DNA from: Candidatus Bathyarchaeota archaeon
GTDB lineage: Archaea > Thermoproteota > Bathyarchaeia > Bathyarchaeales > Bathycorpusculaceae
Length of the DNA: 64,000 nucleotides
Assembly (NCBI GenBank): GCA_963733095.1
Contig: CAVTBV010000007.1
Location: 64,001 to 128,000 of the forward strand
Direction of reading: 5' to 3'
The notes beneath the pieces are model-generated. The model was not told where the DNA came from. It saw nothing but the letters and a program-made list of their open reading frames with translations, and made no database searches. Of the stretch, positions 1 to 9,345 are shown piece after piece. A program made the translations under genes and the position numbers. How positions within the stretch are numbered: the stretch's first letter is position 1; each line of letters begins with the position of its first letter.

Positions 1-132
1 ATTGCAGTCTGGGCTCATACACAAGCAGTAATCCTTTTCTCCAATTTCTTTTTCAAATTGGGTTTTTAGAATGTGTTTTACAGTTTCATTGGCAACTTTT
101 TGTCCTGTATTGCCACATGTTGGGCACTTCAA
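1..132 (-). CDS. CopZ-like N-terminal zinc/[2Fe-2S]-binding copper chaperone (partial, runs off window; missing from ORF track)
   Basis: Manual translation (L)KCPTCGNTGQKVANETVKHILK...DYCLCMSPDCN matches the CPxC...YxCxxxxC pattern of the A. fulgidus CopZ N-domain; copper-gene context; start uncertain. Confidence 0.7.
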   Translation of the reverse strand, partial: MKCPTCGNTGQKVANETVKHILKTQFEKEIGEKDYCLCMSPDCN

Positions 133-291
133 AGTTTTTTCCTGCCGAGAGAAAATACCTAATTCTGTTTTAAATATCGAGTGATTTTTAGATATTTTGC
201 TTTCGCACTTTCGGTTTTTGCCTGTCTCTTAACCTTCCCTTGGAGCGCAAGAAAAGAGGAAAAACAAATTATGGAACAGACTTACACCATT

Positions 292-512
292 AGAAGAACA
301 ATCAAAACTTACCAATGCACTCAGACAGCACTGGTCTGGATTTTATCTGTGCATGAAGAGTTCTTTTTTCCAGTGAACGTAGCCGTAGAAGGAAGCAGAA
401 CCGTAGATGAAGTAGTGCAGCATGATCAGGGCGTTTCCAAGTGTGAATACTTTCTTGGTTGCTGTATAGAAATCAGTATGGTTCTTAGGAGTTGTTGGTT
501 TGGTGTGGATTT
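292..512. repeat. Dispersed repeat A, copy 1
   Basis: Close match to 34096-34317; core also at 27571-27624. Confidence 0.9.
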
Positions 513-830
513 GGCGCCAGAAGGGTGATCCAAACCTCAATTTACCCGTAAAACTCACTTTTAAAGCCGTTATTTGCATTTAGCAATAAAACAATCTGTG
601 TTCAAATTCCAGGTTTTTTTTAAAATATTTAGCAAATCTTCAATTAATGGCACGGAATTCAAAGCGGATAAATTATTGGCTGGAGCGATTAAAACGTTTA
701 CAAAGTGAGGCTTCTAAACAGTGAGAGTAATATATGCGTGCTTGTTTTCTTTTAACATGAAGCATAGAAGTGAAGACTTTGCTCTGAACTATGGATGAAT
801 TTCTTTAACTTACCATGCTTAAAGCACGAC

Positions 831-846
831 ATTCTAATATTAGAAT
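831..846. promoter_or_regulatory. Perfect 16-bp palindrome, probable ArsR-family operator
   Basis: ATTCTAATATTAGAAT upstream of the operon containing the ArsR gene. Confidence 0.5.
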
Positions 847-996
847 ATCATTGGAGTGGTAAATGATGATTCAACATATAAACCAACCAACCCAGATAGT
901 TCATGGTCTTGAATCTGTTTCAAAACTGTTTCAGCGAACTATCTTATCACTCCAAGACATTAGTATATCATAATAATATAAAATGAGGTAAGAAAA

Positions 997-1818
997 ATGA
1001 AAACTTGGAAAATATTAACATTAGTTAGTGTGGCAGTTGTTGCAGCTGCCCTGCTAACCACATCTGCTTTGGCCTCAGGCCTAATGGGAATCCCAATCGG
1101 AGGATTTGGCGGAATGATGGGAGGAGGCTACGGCTACGGATACAATAACAACGGCAACTACAACAATTACAACGCGGCGCACTCAACCCAATACTACCAG
1201 CCAGTATACCCCTTCATGTTCGGAGGAGGCATGATGGGCAGACTAGGCAATGGCTATGGGTTCGGCGGAATGATGGGCAGCTATGGGTACGCTGAACCCT
1301 ACGCATACAATGGAGCGGAACTGAACATTTCCACTGCAGCAGCTATAGGACAAAACTATGTTGCATCAATTGGCAACCCTGACTTAGCAGTTAAAGAAGT
1401 CGAAGAGTACTCTGCCAACTTCTACGTTCAAGTTTATGAGAGAAGCACAGGCATAGGGGCTTTTGAGCTCTTGGTCGACAAGTACACCGGCAGCATCTAC
1501 CCAGAAATGGGCCCTAACATGATGTGGAACACCAAATACGGAATGATGAGAAGCGGAATCCTCGGCGGAATCTTTGGATCACCAACATCAACAATGCCCG
1601 TTTCCGCAGACCAAGCTAACATTGATGCACAGCAATGGCTAAACGCTAACATTCCTGGAGCTACGGTCGGAGAAGTCTTCCCATTCTACGGCTACTACCA
1701 CGTTATGGCTATGGTTAACGGTGCCAACTATGGAATGATGAGCGTCAACGGCTACAGCGGACAAGTCTGGTACCATACATGGCATGGAAGCTTCATACAA
1801 GATATAGACCTTAGCTAA
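997..1818 (+). CDS. Secreted Gly/Met-rich (GGMMG repeats) protein with PepSY-like C-terminal region, probably copper-associated
   Basis: Signal peptide; repeated GGMMG; C-terminal VWYHTWHG; context. Confidence 0.65.
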   Translation: MKTWKILTLVSVAVVAAALLTTSALASGLMGIPIGGFGGMMGGGYGYGYNNNGNYNNYNAAHSTQYYQPVYPFMFGGGMMGRLGNGYGFGGMMGSYGYAEPYAYNGAELNISTAAAIGQNYVASIGNPDLAVKEVEEYSANFYVQVYERSTGIGAFELLVDKYTGSIYPEMGPNMMWNTKYGMMRSGILGGIFGSPTSTMPVSADQANIDAQQWLNANIPGATVGEVFPFYGYYHVMAMVNGANYGMMSVNGYSGQVWYHTWHGSFIQDIDLS

Positions 1819-1881
1819 ACGAAGCTACACTAAGTCCCCTTCTCCATTTTTTGTTTATGAGAAACATAGAAGGCTGAAATT

Positions 1882-2265
1882 ATGTTAGAAAATTCGAATA
1901 GAACGGAAACCTCAATGACAAAAAAGGATTTCGACGTGTCAATCTACGATTTGCAAGCGGAGATTTCAAAAACACTATCTCATCCGCTGAGAATAGCTCT
2001 TTTGCATATCTTAAAGGATGGAGAAAAAACGGTTAATGAACTAGTTAATGTAGTAGGTGCAAGTCAATCTAATATTTCACAGCATTTAGCGTTAATGAGG
2101 CAAAGACAAATAGTTAAAACCCATAGAGTCGGCTCATCTGTCTATTACCGAGTGTCAAACCCCAAGATCTGCCAAGCCTGCGATACAATGCGAGAAGTGC
2201 TCATGGAGCAACTAAGCCAAAAACAAGAAATCGCAAACAACTATTCAAAACAAGGGATAATTTGA
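1882..2265 (+). CDS. ArsR/SmtB family transcriptional regulator
   Basis: LSHPLRIALL...SQSNISQHLALMR...VYYR wHTH motifs. Confidence 0.9.
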   Translation: MLENSNRTETSMTKKDFDVSIYDLQAEISKTLSHPLRIALLHILKDGEKTVNELVNVVGASQSNISQHLALMRQRQIVKTHRVGSSVYYRVSNPKICQACDTMREVLMEQLSQKQEIANNYSKQGII

Positions 2266-2267
2266 AA

Positions 2268-2429
2268 ATGGCACCTTTTGGTTTAGGTTGTGGTTGTGGC
2301 TCAGAGTCAAACGAGCAGAAGAAAGAGGTTCCTCGCGAAATTGTTATGATGCCTTGCAAATATTGTGGCGCACTTTTTCCTCAAACAGCGACGTTTTGCC
2401 CAAACTGTGGAGCTAAAAGAACCGCATAG
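2268..2429 (+). CDS. Small zinc-ribbon protein (53 aa; missing from ORF track)
   Basis: MAPFGLGCGCG...CKYCG...FCPNCGAKRTA*; starts 2 nt after the ArsR stop. Confidence 0.8.
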   Translation: MAPFGLGCGCGSESNEQKKEVPREIVMMPCKYCGALFPQTATFCPNCGAKRTA

Positions 2430-2471
2430 TTATTTAGCATAAACTTGGTTTAACATGTAGGAGATGTTTGT

Positions 2472-3221
2472 TTGTCGAATTTTAAATTCCTCTCATCACT
2501 TGTAGTGGCTTTAGTTATTTTGGTAGCCTTAGCCCTTCCTGTTTTTGCAATCCAATACAATCCGGGAGTTACAGAAGGTCAATACGTAAAGTATGGTAAC
2601 TTTGTTGGAAGTGGACCCGGTTATGAATCTTTCATCGATTATGGTTTTCTAAATCTTCAAGTGGTAAGCGTGTCTGGTAACACGGTAACATTGCTTTCAA
2701 CTGGGCAATTCAAAAATGGAACAGCCCTTCCGGGTAATAACACTACAGATATTTGGAACCTTGAAACTGGGACTGACAATGGAACTCCAAGCACTCAAGG
2801 ACCAATTATAGCTGCTAATCTCAACCAAGGCGACGGCATACCTCCGCCAAACACCTACTCTGTTAATCAAACAGTTAGCAGAACCTACTTGGGAGTTGAA
2901 AGAAGCGTTAATATTCTTAATGTTGCAGTTTCAACTCCTGATTACAACTCAACATTGACTTATGTATATGACAAGCTTTCTGGAATGTTATTGGATGCAA
3001 CATCTACGACAACTACTCAAGCCCAACCATCGCCCGTAACATCAACCTACTCCTATAGCATAATTGAAACTAACATTTTTTCATCCACAGGTCCGTCTCC
3101 TACTGTTCCGGAATTTTCTAGTAACATCTTAGCCTTTGCATTGGTGATAGTTTTGGTATTTGCTTCTGGCACGATTGTTCTGCTTAGAAAAAGAACTAAA
3201 AACAAAAATATGTATCCATGA
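2472..3221 (+). CDS. Cell-surface protein with PEF-CTERM-like sorting signal
   Basis: Signal peptide; C-terminal VPEF + TM helix + RKRTK. Confidence 0.75.
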   Translation: MSNFKFLSSLVVALVILVALALPVFAIQYNPGVTEGQYVKYGNFVGSGPGYESFIDYGFLNLQVVSVSGNTVTLLSTGQFKNGTALPGNNTTDIWNLETGTDNGTPSTQGPIIAANLNQGDGIPPPNTYSVNQTVSRTYLGVERSVNILNVAVSTPDYNSTLTYVYDKLSGMLLDATSTTTTQAQPSPVTSTYSYSIIETNIFSSTGPSPTVPEFSSNILAFALVIVLVFASGTIVLLRKRTKNKNMYP

Positions 3222-3290
3222 CCTTTCGTTTTGTGATCTGTGGTCTGGAACTTTGTTTTTGGGTATCATTGAGGTACATTTGAATGAGTA

Positions 3291-3590
3291 CTAAGTGGAT
3301 CCAGTTTTATGGACTGTTTGGCTGTTACTAGTTTTGTCTATGGACACATAACTTTTGAATCCTGTTTTGTCTATTGCTTTTCGAATAATTGATGAATCTA
3401 CGAGTTTTGGGTCATAGTCTATGAAAACTTTGTTGAGCATAATGGCAGGTTCGACACCCTTTATTCCGTTTATTTTCATCACCTGTTTTTGAATAGCCGT
3501 TGCGCAAACACTGCAGTTTATTTCGCTTACGGAAACGATCATTCGAGCGTTGTCTTTTTTCTCTTCATTTTTCGCGTTGTTCATTTTCAT
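3291..3590 (-). CDS. Heavy-metal-associated (HMA) domain chaperone
   Basis: INCSVC motif, IDYDP...AIDKTGF; downstream of copA. Confidence 0.85.
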   Translation of the reverse strand: MKMNNAKNEEKKDNARMIVSVSEINCSVCATAIQKQVMKINGIKGVEPAIMLNKVFIDYDPKLVDSSIIRKAIDKTGFKSYVSIDKTSNSQTVHKTGST

Positions 3591-3628
3591 GTCCTTCTGT
3601 AATTTTCGAATTTCATGGAGTTAAGGTC

Positions 3629-5713
3629 TTAGAAATCAGGCTTGAACCTCTCTAGTAGAAGTGAATTGCTGATTACTGTCACGGAGCTGAGAGCCATCGC
3701 TCCTGCAGCAAGAAAAGGTAGGACTGTGTAAACTTGCACGCCAAAGAAGGGGACTAGTGCTCCTGCAGCTATGGGAATTAGTGCTCCGTTGTATATGAAC
3801 GCCCAGAACAAGTTTTGTTTAATCTTTCTAACTGTGCTTTTGCTAAGTTTTATTGCGATAACAACATCTCGGAGGTCTTCTTTGACGAGAACTATCCCGC
3901 CTGTTTCTTTCGCAACATCAGTTCCGCTGCCTATCGCTATCCCTACATCCGCTTTGGCTAAAGCCGGAGCATCGTTTATCCCGTCTCCAACCATCGCCAC
4001 TATCTTTCCTTCAGTTTGAAGTTTTTCGATAACAGCTTCTTTTTGCTGTGGCAAAACCTCTGCGAAGACTCTGTCAATGTCAAGTTTTCGAGCTATTGAT
4101 TTAGCTGTACGTTCATTATCGCCTGTAAGCATGATTACATCTATATGCATTTTCTTGAGTTCTTCAATGGCTTCTTTTGCATGTTTTTTGAGAGTGTCTG
4201 CTGCTGCTATTATTCCTTCTAGTTCACCGTCGACCACCAGGAACATTAGTGTCTTGCCGTCTTCTTCAAATTCTCTTATTTTGTTTTCATATTTTGAGAG
4301 ATCAAAGGACATTTCAGTCATGAGTTTTCTGTTTCCCAAAACGACATTTCGGTCTTGGATTTTGGCTTGGACTCCTTTGCCTGGAATCGCTTCAAATTCA
4401 GATGGATCGATTGTTGTCAAAGATCGTGCTGAAGCTTCTTTGGCGACAGCTTCTGCCAATGGGTGCTCTGAGCCTTTTTCAACTGATGCTGCGAGCATTA
4501 TGATGGTATCGGCGTCGGTTTTGGCAGTGGGTAGTACGTTTGTAACGGATGGCTGTCCGACAGTTAGCGTGCCTGTCTTGTCAAAAACTACAGCTGATAC
4601 TTTGCGGGCAATTTCAAGGTAATCTCCACTTTTAATTAATACGCCGTTTTGTGCGCCTTTGCTTGTGCCTACGAGGAGAGCAGCGGGCGTTGCAACTCCA
4701 AGTGCGCATGGACAAGCGATCACAGTTACTGAAACAAATACCAACAAGGAAAACTGCAAACCTATGTTTCCAATGAAGTACCACGATAAAGCTGCCGCAA
4801 ACGCCACGATAGTTACGAATGGTACAAAGTACGCTGCCACTTGGTCAGCGATTTTTTGAATGGGTGCCTTGCCGATTTGTGCTTCTTCTACTAGTTTGAC
4901 TATCTGTGAGAGAGTTGTGTCTTGACCGACTTGTGTAGCTTGGACTTTTAACAAGCCGGTTTTGTTGATTGTTCCGCCTATTACCTGGTTGCCTTTACTT
5001 TTTTCTACTGGAATGCTTTCGCCTGTAATCATAGATTGATCGATTGATGAGTGTCCTTCCGCGACGGTGCCATCTACGGGTAGCCTTTCCCCGGGGCGAA
5101 CGATGAATATGTCGCCTACTTCGATCTGTTCAACGGCAATTTCAATTTCTTTTCCCTCTCTCACTACATGAGCGAGTTTAGGCTGCATATCCATAAGTTT
5201 CCTAACGGCCTCTGATGCTCTGCCCTTGCTTAGGTGCTCGAGGTATCGGCCTGCGAGAATCAAAGTTACTATGGCTGCTGCAGTGTCGAAGAAGACTGCG
5301 GTGTACGATAATAAGGAGGGGAAGAAGGTGACGACTGTGCTGTATACCCAAGCGGCGCTTGTGCCTAAAGCGATTAAGGAATCCATATTTCCCATTCGAT
5401 TGCGGATAGCATCAATTGTTCCATGGTAGAAGCGCAAACCAAAATAGAATTGAATTGGCAAGTCAAGGGCAAAAAGCACATAGTTATTGATACGCATTGG
5501 CAAAAGAGCTACAAATGTCAAAATAATTATGGGAATGGTGAGAGCAGCGCCTACGCCAACCGCGATTTTTAGCTTCCTTATTTCAATCTCAGGCGATAGA
5601 AACTCTTGCATACATGTGTGACTGCAGAAATAGTATGTTGTTCCTCTAACGGTTGTTTTAAATTCGGCCGTTTTTTCATCTACATACATTCCACAAATAG
5701 GGTCCTTTGCCAA
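3629..5713 (-). CDS. copA: Cu(I)-exporting P1B-type ATPase with N-terminal YHS/TRASH domain
   Basis: DPICGM...YYFCSxxC, TGES, CPC, DKTGT, SEHP, GDGIND, YN and MxxSS motifs. Confidence 0.95.
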   Translation of the reverse strand: MAKDPICGMYVDEKTAEFKTTVRGTTYYFCSHTCMQEFLSPEIEIRKLKIAVGVGAALTIPIIILTFVALLPMRINNYVLFALDLPIQFYFGLRFYHGTIDAIRNRMGNMDSLIALGTSAAWVYSTVVTFFPSLLSYTAVFFDTAAAIVTLILAGRYLEHLSKGRASEAVRKLMDMQPKLAHVVREGKEIEIAVEQIEVGDIFIVRPGERLPVDGTVAEGHSSIDQSMITGESIPVEKSKGNQVIGGTINKTGLLKVQATQVGQDTTLSQIVKLVEEAQIGKAPIQKIADQVAAYFVPFVTIVAFAAALSWYFIGNIGLQFSLLVFVSVTVIACPCALGVATPAALLVGTSKGAQNGVLIKSGDYLEIARKVSAVVFDKTGTLTVGQPSVTNVLPTAKTDADTIIMLAASVEKGSEHPLAEAVAKEASARSLTTIDPSEFEAIPGKGVQAKIQDRNVVLGNRKLMTEMSFDLSKYENKIREFEEDGKTLMFLVVDGELEGIIAAADTLKKHAKEAIEELKKMHIDVIMLTGDNERTAKSIARKLDIDRVFAEVLPQQKEAVIEKLQTEGKIVAMVGDGINDAPALAKADVGIAIGSGTDVAKETGGIVLVKEDLRDVVIAIKLSKSTVRKIKQNLFWAFIYNGALIPIAAGALVPFFGVQVYTVLPFLAAGAMALSSVTVISNSLLLERFKPDF

Positions 5714-5926
5714 TTAAAAGTCGCCTTAACAATCTATAGTAAAGGCTATGCTTATTCTTAAATAAAATGCTCAGCAATCCATCTTGATAGGAATTTTTTT
5801 CCGATACAAGCTAGAATTAATTGCAAAAGAACTAAGAACGAAAATCTTGAAGAGATACGTTTATTCGTGCTGTTGAGACTGATAATTTAACTTAATATTT
5901 TGATCTGAGCAAGGAGGTGGAGTGAT

Positions 5927-6070
5927 ATGGTTAAAGACCCTGTTTGCAAAATGGATGTTGATGAGAAAACTGCAAAATTCAAATCTGACTTTAAAGATAA
6001 GACATATTATTTCTGTAGCTCCTCATGCAAAACAAATTTTGATAAAAATCCTACCAAATATGTAAAGTAA
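5927..6070 (+). CDS. YHS/TRASH-domain metallochaperone (47 aa; missing from ORF track)
   Basis: MVKDPVCKMDVDEKTA...YYFCSSSCKTNFDKNPTKYVK*; GGAGGTG ribosome site. Confidence 0.9.
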   Translation: MVKDPVCKMDVDEKTAKFKSDFKDKTYYFCSSSCKTNFDKNPTKYVK

Positions 6071-6184
6071 CGAATTTGTAGGCGATTTTCCAAATTAACT
6101 TAGTTTACTATATGTGCTGAAAGAAAAATACAATGCCAATTAAATTCATTAAGCGAATCCTCATTTTTCCTTAAAAGCTTGAAA

Positions 6185-6207
6185 CGTGCGCGCTGGGACT
6201 CGAACCC
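6185..6207 (-). other. Degenerate tRNA 3'-end fragment
   Basis: Minus strand GGGTTCGAGTCCCAGCGCGCACG (T-loop + T-stem + acceptor strand); no 5' half. Confidence 0.55.
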
Positions 6208-6390
6208 TAAAACTTTGTTTCCGGTATCTATTCGCGAGAGAATTCAACAGGAAACGACGATAAAACGACGATTAACCTAATTTCAGGTTAATAATACATA
6301 AGCAAATGCAATGGTTAACAGGTTAAAGGGTTTAGAAGATTCCCCTCGAAAACTTTGTGGATGCGGAGCAAAGATTTCTGTGTCATTACC

Positions 6391-6443
6391 TGTCGCGTCA
6401 AAACTGGAGGCTAAATCTGTGTTTATGGTGCAGACGGGTTTTC
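6391..6443. repeat. Dispersed repeat E, copy 1
   Basis: TGTCGC..AAACTGGAGGCT..ATCTG..TGGTGCAGACGGGTTTTC also at 18880-18931. Confidence 0.8.
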
Positions 6444-6722
6444 TTTGTTTTTACAGTTTATTAAATTGTTTCAGCATAAAGCAACCATTTTAGCGGTCTT
6501 GGGGATGAATTAGGGCAAGTTTTGGGGTCAATATTGAAATACACCTTAATATCTGCTTCCAATACATAATAATTGAGGCTGCAAAAGGCTCCGACAACCA
6601 GAAAATTAAGGGGTTGCATTTTCCCCTTTCTCCTTCTCAAAGTGGTTAAGAGCCAAAGCAGCCCCCCTTCCCAAATAAACTTTTACACTCATATAGCGGG
6701 TTGGTCATCTCTGGTTTATTTA
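6444..6722 (+). ncRNA. Repeat B copy 1, containing candidate structured RNA (core 6575-6666)
   Basis: Near-identical to 15890-16165 and similar to 34390-34648; nested stems GGCTGC/GCAGCC, GGCTC/GAGCC, AACCA/TGGTT, AAGGGG/CCCCTT; CTTAATAT TATA-like box upstream. The repeat is certain; the RNA is inferred. Confidence 0.5.
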
Positions 6723-6834
6723 GCGCGCTCATTGTCTGTTATACAGGCCACAAACAAAAACAATTTCGGCTCTTTTTGTTTTGTAATGTGCCCATACAGA
6801 TTCTTTTGTGATTCTAACATAAGACAACTCAACA

Positions 6835-6918
6835 ACAAATTGGCTAAAGATATACCATGGCTAAACTAACCCAATAAAATTGGGGTCATTCACTACGCGA
6901 GTTGTCTTACTTTTTAAG
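6835..6918. repeat. Direct repeat D, copy 1
   Basis: ~84 bp match to 22549-22632. Confidence 0.9.
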
Positions 6919-6927
6919 GCTCCTCTT

Positions 6928-6954
6928 GAGGTTCAAATCCCAGCGGACCCGCCA
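6928..6954 (+). other. tRNA 3'-end fragment (att-like scar)
   Basis: GAGGTTCAAATCCCAGCGGACCCGCCA: T-loop, acceptor strand and CCA; no 5' half. Confidence 0.75.
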
Positions 6955-6956
6955 TT

Positions 6957-6988
6957 GGATTCGCTTAAAACATTAAACGAATCCTTTT
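6957..6988. terminator. Hairpin terminator candidate
   Basis: GGATTCG...CGAATCC followed by TTTT, just past the histidine kinase stop. Confidence 0.4.
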
Positions 6989-7005
6989 GAAGTTTTTAAG
7001 GTTCT

Positions 7006-9345
7006 TTACTGTTTGGCTTTTGGGGGCAAACGAATAAAGAAAGTGGTTCCTTTGCCTTCTTGGCTATCAAAAGAGACGGTGCCCCCTAACGCTTCAGTCA
7101 TGCGCTTAATCACAGGTAAGCCGAAGCCTTGACCTTTGGATTTTGTCGTCATCATTGGTGTAAATAGTTTAGGTTTGATTGCTTCTGGTATTCCCACACC
7201 CGTGTCTTTGACGGTTATAAGCACGTCGTCCGCTTCTTTGTAAGCACGTATGGTTAGTTTTCCGCCTTTGGGCATGGCTTGAACGGCGTTAGTGACCAAG
7301 TTGTTCATTATGCGATGTATGAAAGTGGAGTCAGCAAAAACTTTTTTTGCCTCGCTTTCCACGTTAACGGTTACTTTAATGTTCTCGGGTAAACCGTTCT
7401 TTTTCAACAACTCATCAATTATCAGTTTCACGTCAATTTCTTCAGCATTCGGTCTAAGCGGTCGGGCAAAATCTTGAAGATCCGCCACAATCTTGTTGAT
7501 GTAATCGGCGTTCTTTTCAATTTCTGTCAGACATTCTAATGCATTCTTTTTCTCCTCACTCTCAGGAATCGAAGCTAATTCCGTCTTAACCAAGTAGACA
7601 TCACCGGTTATAGCCTGCAGCGGATTGCGAATATCATGCCCAACCATACCGGCAGTAGCGCCAATAGCAGCTAAACGCTCAGCATCTTTCAACTGAGCGG
7701 CTCTTTTCTCTGCAAGCTCCTCCATTTGATTAGCATACTCTTCAACTCGAACAGCAGACTCCTCAAGTTTAATCTGCAACTCTTTTCGGTCAGTAACATC
7801 CACATTTGACTCTAACAGCTCAATAATTGTGCCGCCTGCACCAAATTTGCCCAACCAATAACTCTGCACAATCATTCTGTTTCCATTAGCGCATGTGTGG
7901 ACAATTTCGCCGGACCATTCACCGTCTAGCTTGAGCTTGTTTAGGATCTCATCCAGTGGTTGTGGGAATTCCGTTTTTAAGAGGGTGTTGATGTTTTGTC
8001 CAATGGCTTCTTCTTTGCTCCAACCGTACAGTTTCTCCGCACCTTTACTCCAGAAACTGATGGCGCCCTCAAGCTTTCTGACAATAATGGCGTCGGGACT
8101 AAGATCAATAAGTTCAGCTTGCCTTGCCGTAGCTTCCTCTACTCTCTTGCGCTCGGTGATGTCTCGAAATACGAGGACGACGCCCGTGGTTTTACCGTCT
8201 TTGTCTTTTATGGGTGCTCCGCTATCGTCGATTGGAACTTCCGCGCCGTTTTTTTGTATCAAGACAGTATGGTTTGCCAATCCAACAACCGCACCTTCTT
8301 TGAGAACTTTGGATATTGGGTTTTCAGCTTCTTGGCGTGTTTGCTCGTTGATGATGTTGAATACTGTCTTCATCGATTCTTTTGAAGCCTCATTTAGCTT
8401 CCAACCTGTCAGTTCTTCAGCTTCGCCATTCATGAATAGGATTTTTCCTGAAGTATCAGTGGCTATTACTGCGTCTCCGATGCTTGCCAGAGTAGTTGCC
8501 CAGCGTTGCTCACTCTGTTGTAGAGAAGCTTGAGCCTGTTCCAATTCAGTTTTGGAGGCGGTCACGGTTTTCAAATTAGTTGTCATTTTGTTGAAAGATC
8601 GTGATAATTCTCCGATTTCGTCATTTCTGTTTTCAGGAAGTTTGAAGTTCAAGTTGCCTGATCCTATGATAGCTGAACCAGCTTGCAGGTCTGATATCGA
8701 TTTGAGAGTGCGCCGAAAAGCCTGAAGGTATATAACTGCAATAAAAGCTAAGAATGCTCCTATCATGACAAAAATTAATGCTAGATTTATTGTGTTGAGT
8801 TGGTTTTCCTGGACGTTAAGTAAGGTCGACAGTTGTGAAGCATCCGATATTACTGCTTGACTTTGAATGGATATGCGGCTCCAAGATACCTGGAGCGTTG
8901 ATAATTCTTCATTTGGGTTTGACGTTAGATTCTGAGAATTTTCCACCGACGAAACTATACTGTTAAACACCACTTGCATATTTTGTTGATTAACTTGTAT
9001 GTCATGTACTAGCGCTTGCTGCCGTGGGGTATTTAGGCTTAAGTTGCCAATGTAGTTGGAAAGCGATGAATAGCTTGCTTGCCATTGGATAAGCTGTGTT
9101 TCAGAGTGGTAAAAAACGTAATCACTTGAGAGATAAGTTAGTTCAGTGGAGGCTTGCACAATGCTGTGGGCGAGGCTTTGTTGCATTCGAGTTGCGCTGG
9201 ATTGTTGAGAGGTAATTACTATCGATGACCCGATAACAACCAGTGCCAAGCTAAAGACGATGAGAATAATTTTGAATTGACTTGTAATTCGCATTGCTCT
9301 TTGCCTACTTAATGATTGTAACTGATTGGGGGTCCACAGTTTCAA
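7006..9345 (-). CDS. Membrane sensor histidine kinase (TM-HAMP-PAS-PAS-HisKA-HATPase); start probably ATG at 9294
   Basis: DEIGELSRSFNKM HAMP, two PAS/PAC, HDIRNPL H-box, NAVQA, DTGVGI, GQGFGL. Confidence 0.95.
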   Translation of the reverse strand: MKLWTPNQLQSLSRQRAMRITSQFKIILIVFSLALVVIGSSIVITSQQSSATRMQQSLAHSIVQASTELTYLSSDYVFYHSETQLIQWQASYSSLSNYIGNLSLNTPRQQALVHDIQVNQQNMQVVFNSIVSSVENSQNLTSNPNEELSTLQVSWSRISIQSQAVISDASQLSTLLNVQENQLNTINLALIFVMIGAFLAFIAVIYLQAFRRTLKSISDLQAGSAIIGSGNLNFKLPENRNDEIGELSRSFNKMTTNLKTVTASKTELEQAQASLQQSEQRWATTLASIGDAVIATDTSGKILFMNGEAEELTGWKLNEASKESMKTVFNIINEQTRQEAENPISKVLKEGAVVGLANHTVLIQKNGAEVPIDDSGAPIKDKDGKTTGVVLVFRDITERKRVEEATARQAELIDLSPDAIIVRKLEGAISFWSKGAEKLYGWSKEEAIGQNINTLLKTEFPQPLDEILNKLKLDGEWSGEIVHTCANGNRMIVQSYWLGKFGAGGTIIELLESNVDVTDRKELQIKLEESAVRVEEYANQMEELAEKRAAQLKDAERLAAIGATAGMVGHDIRNPLQAITGDVYLVKTELASIPESEEKKNALECLTEIEKNADYINKIVADLQDFARPLRPNAEEIDVKLIIDELLKKNGLPENIKVTVNVESEAKKVFADSTFIHRIMNNLVTNAVQAMPKGGKLTIRAYKEADDVLITVKDTGVGIPEAIKPKLFTPMMTTKSKGQGFGLPVIKRMTEALGGTVSFDSQEGKGTTFFIRLPPKAKQ

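Noticed and set aside
181-528. Plus-strand ORFs over repeat A (also 34084-34383)
   Set aside because: The substitution pattern favours the minus-strand frame, and the N-termini are unrelated.
3771-5429. Antisense ORFs within copA and similar shadow ORFs throughout the track
   Set aside because: They lie opposite well-supported genes and have no motifs.
6575-6666. Split-tRNA piece or BHB intron (antisense GGCTCTTAACC resembles a Lys anticodon loop)
   Set aside because: The internal loop is 4x2, not bulge-helix-bulge, and no other tRNA arms are present.
6880-6954. Complete tRNA gene
   Set aside because: Only the T-loop, acceptor 3' strand and CCA are present, with no D-arm, anticodon arm or 5' strand. 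The same holds for 20778 and the others.
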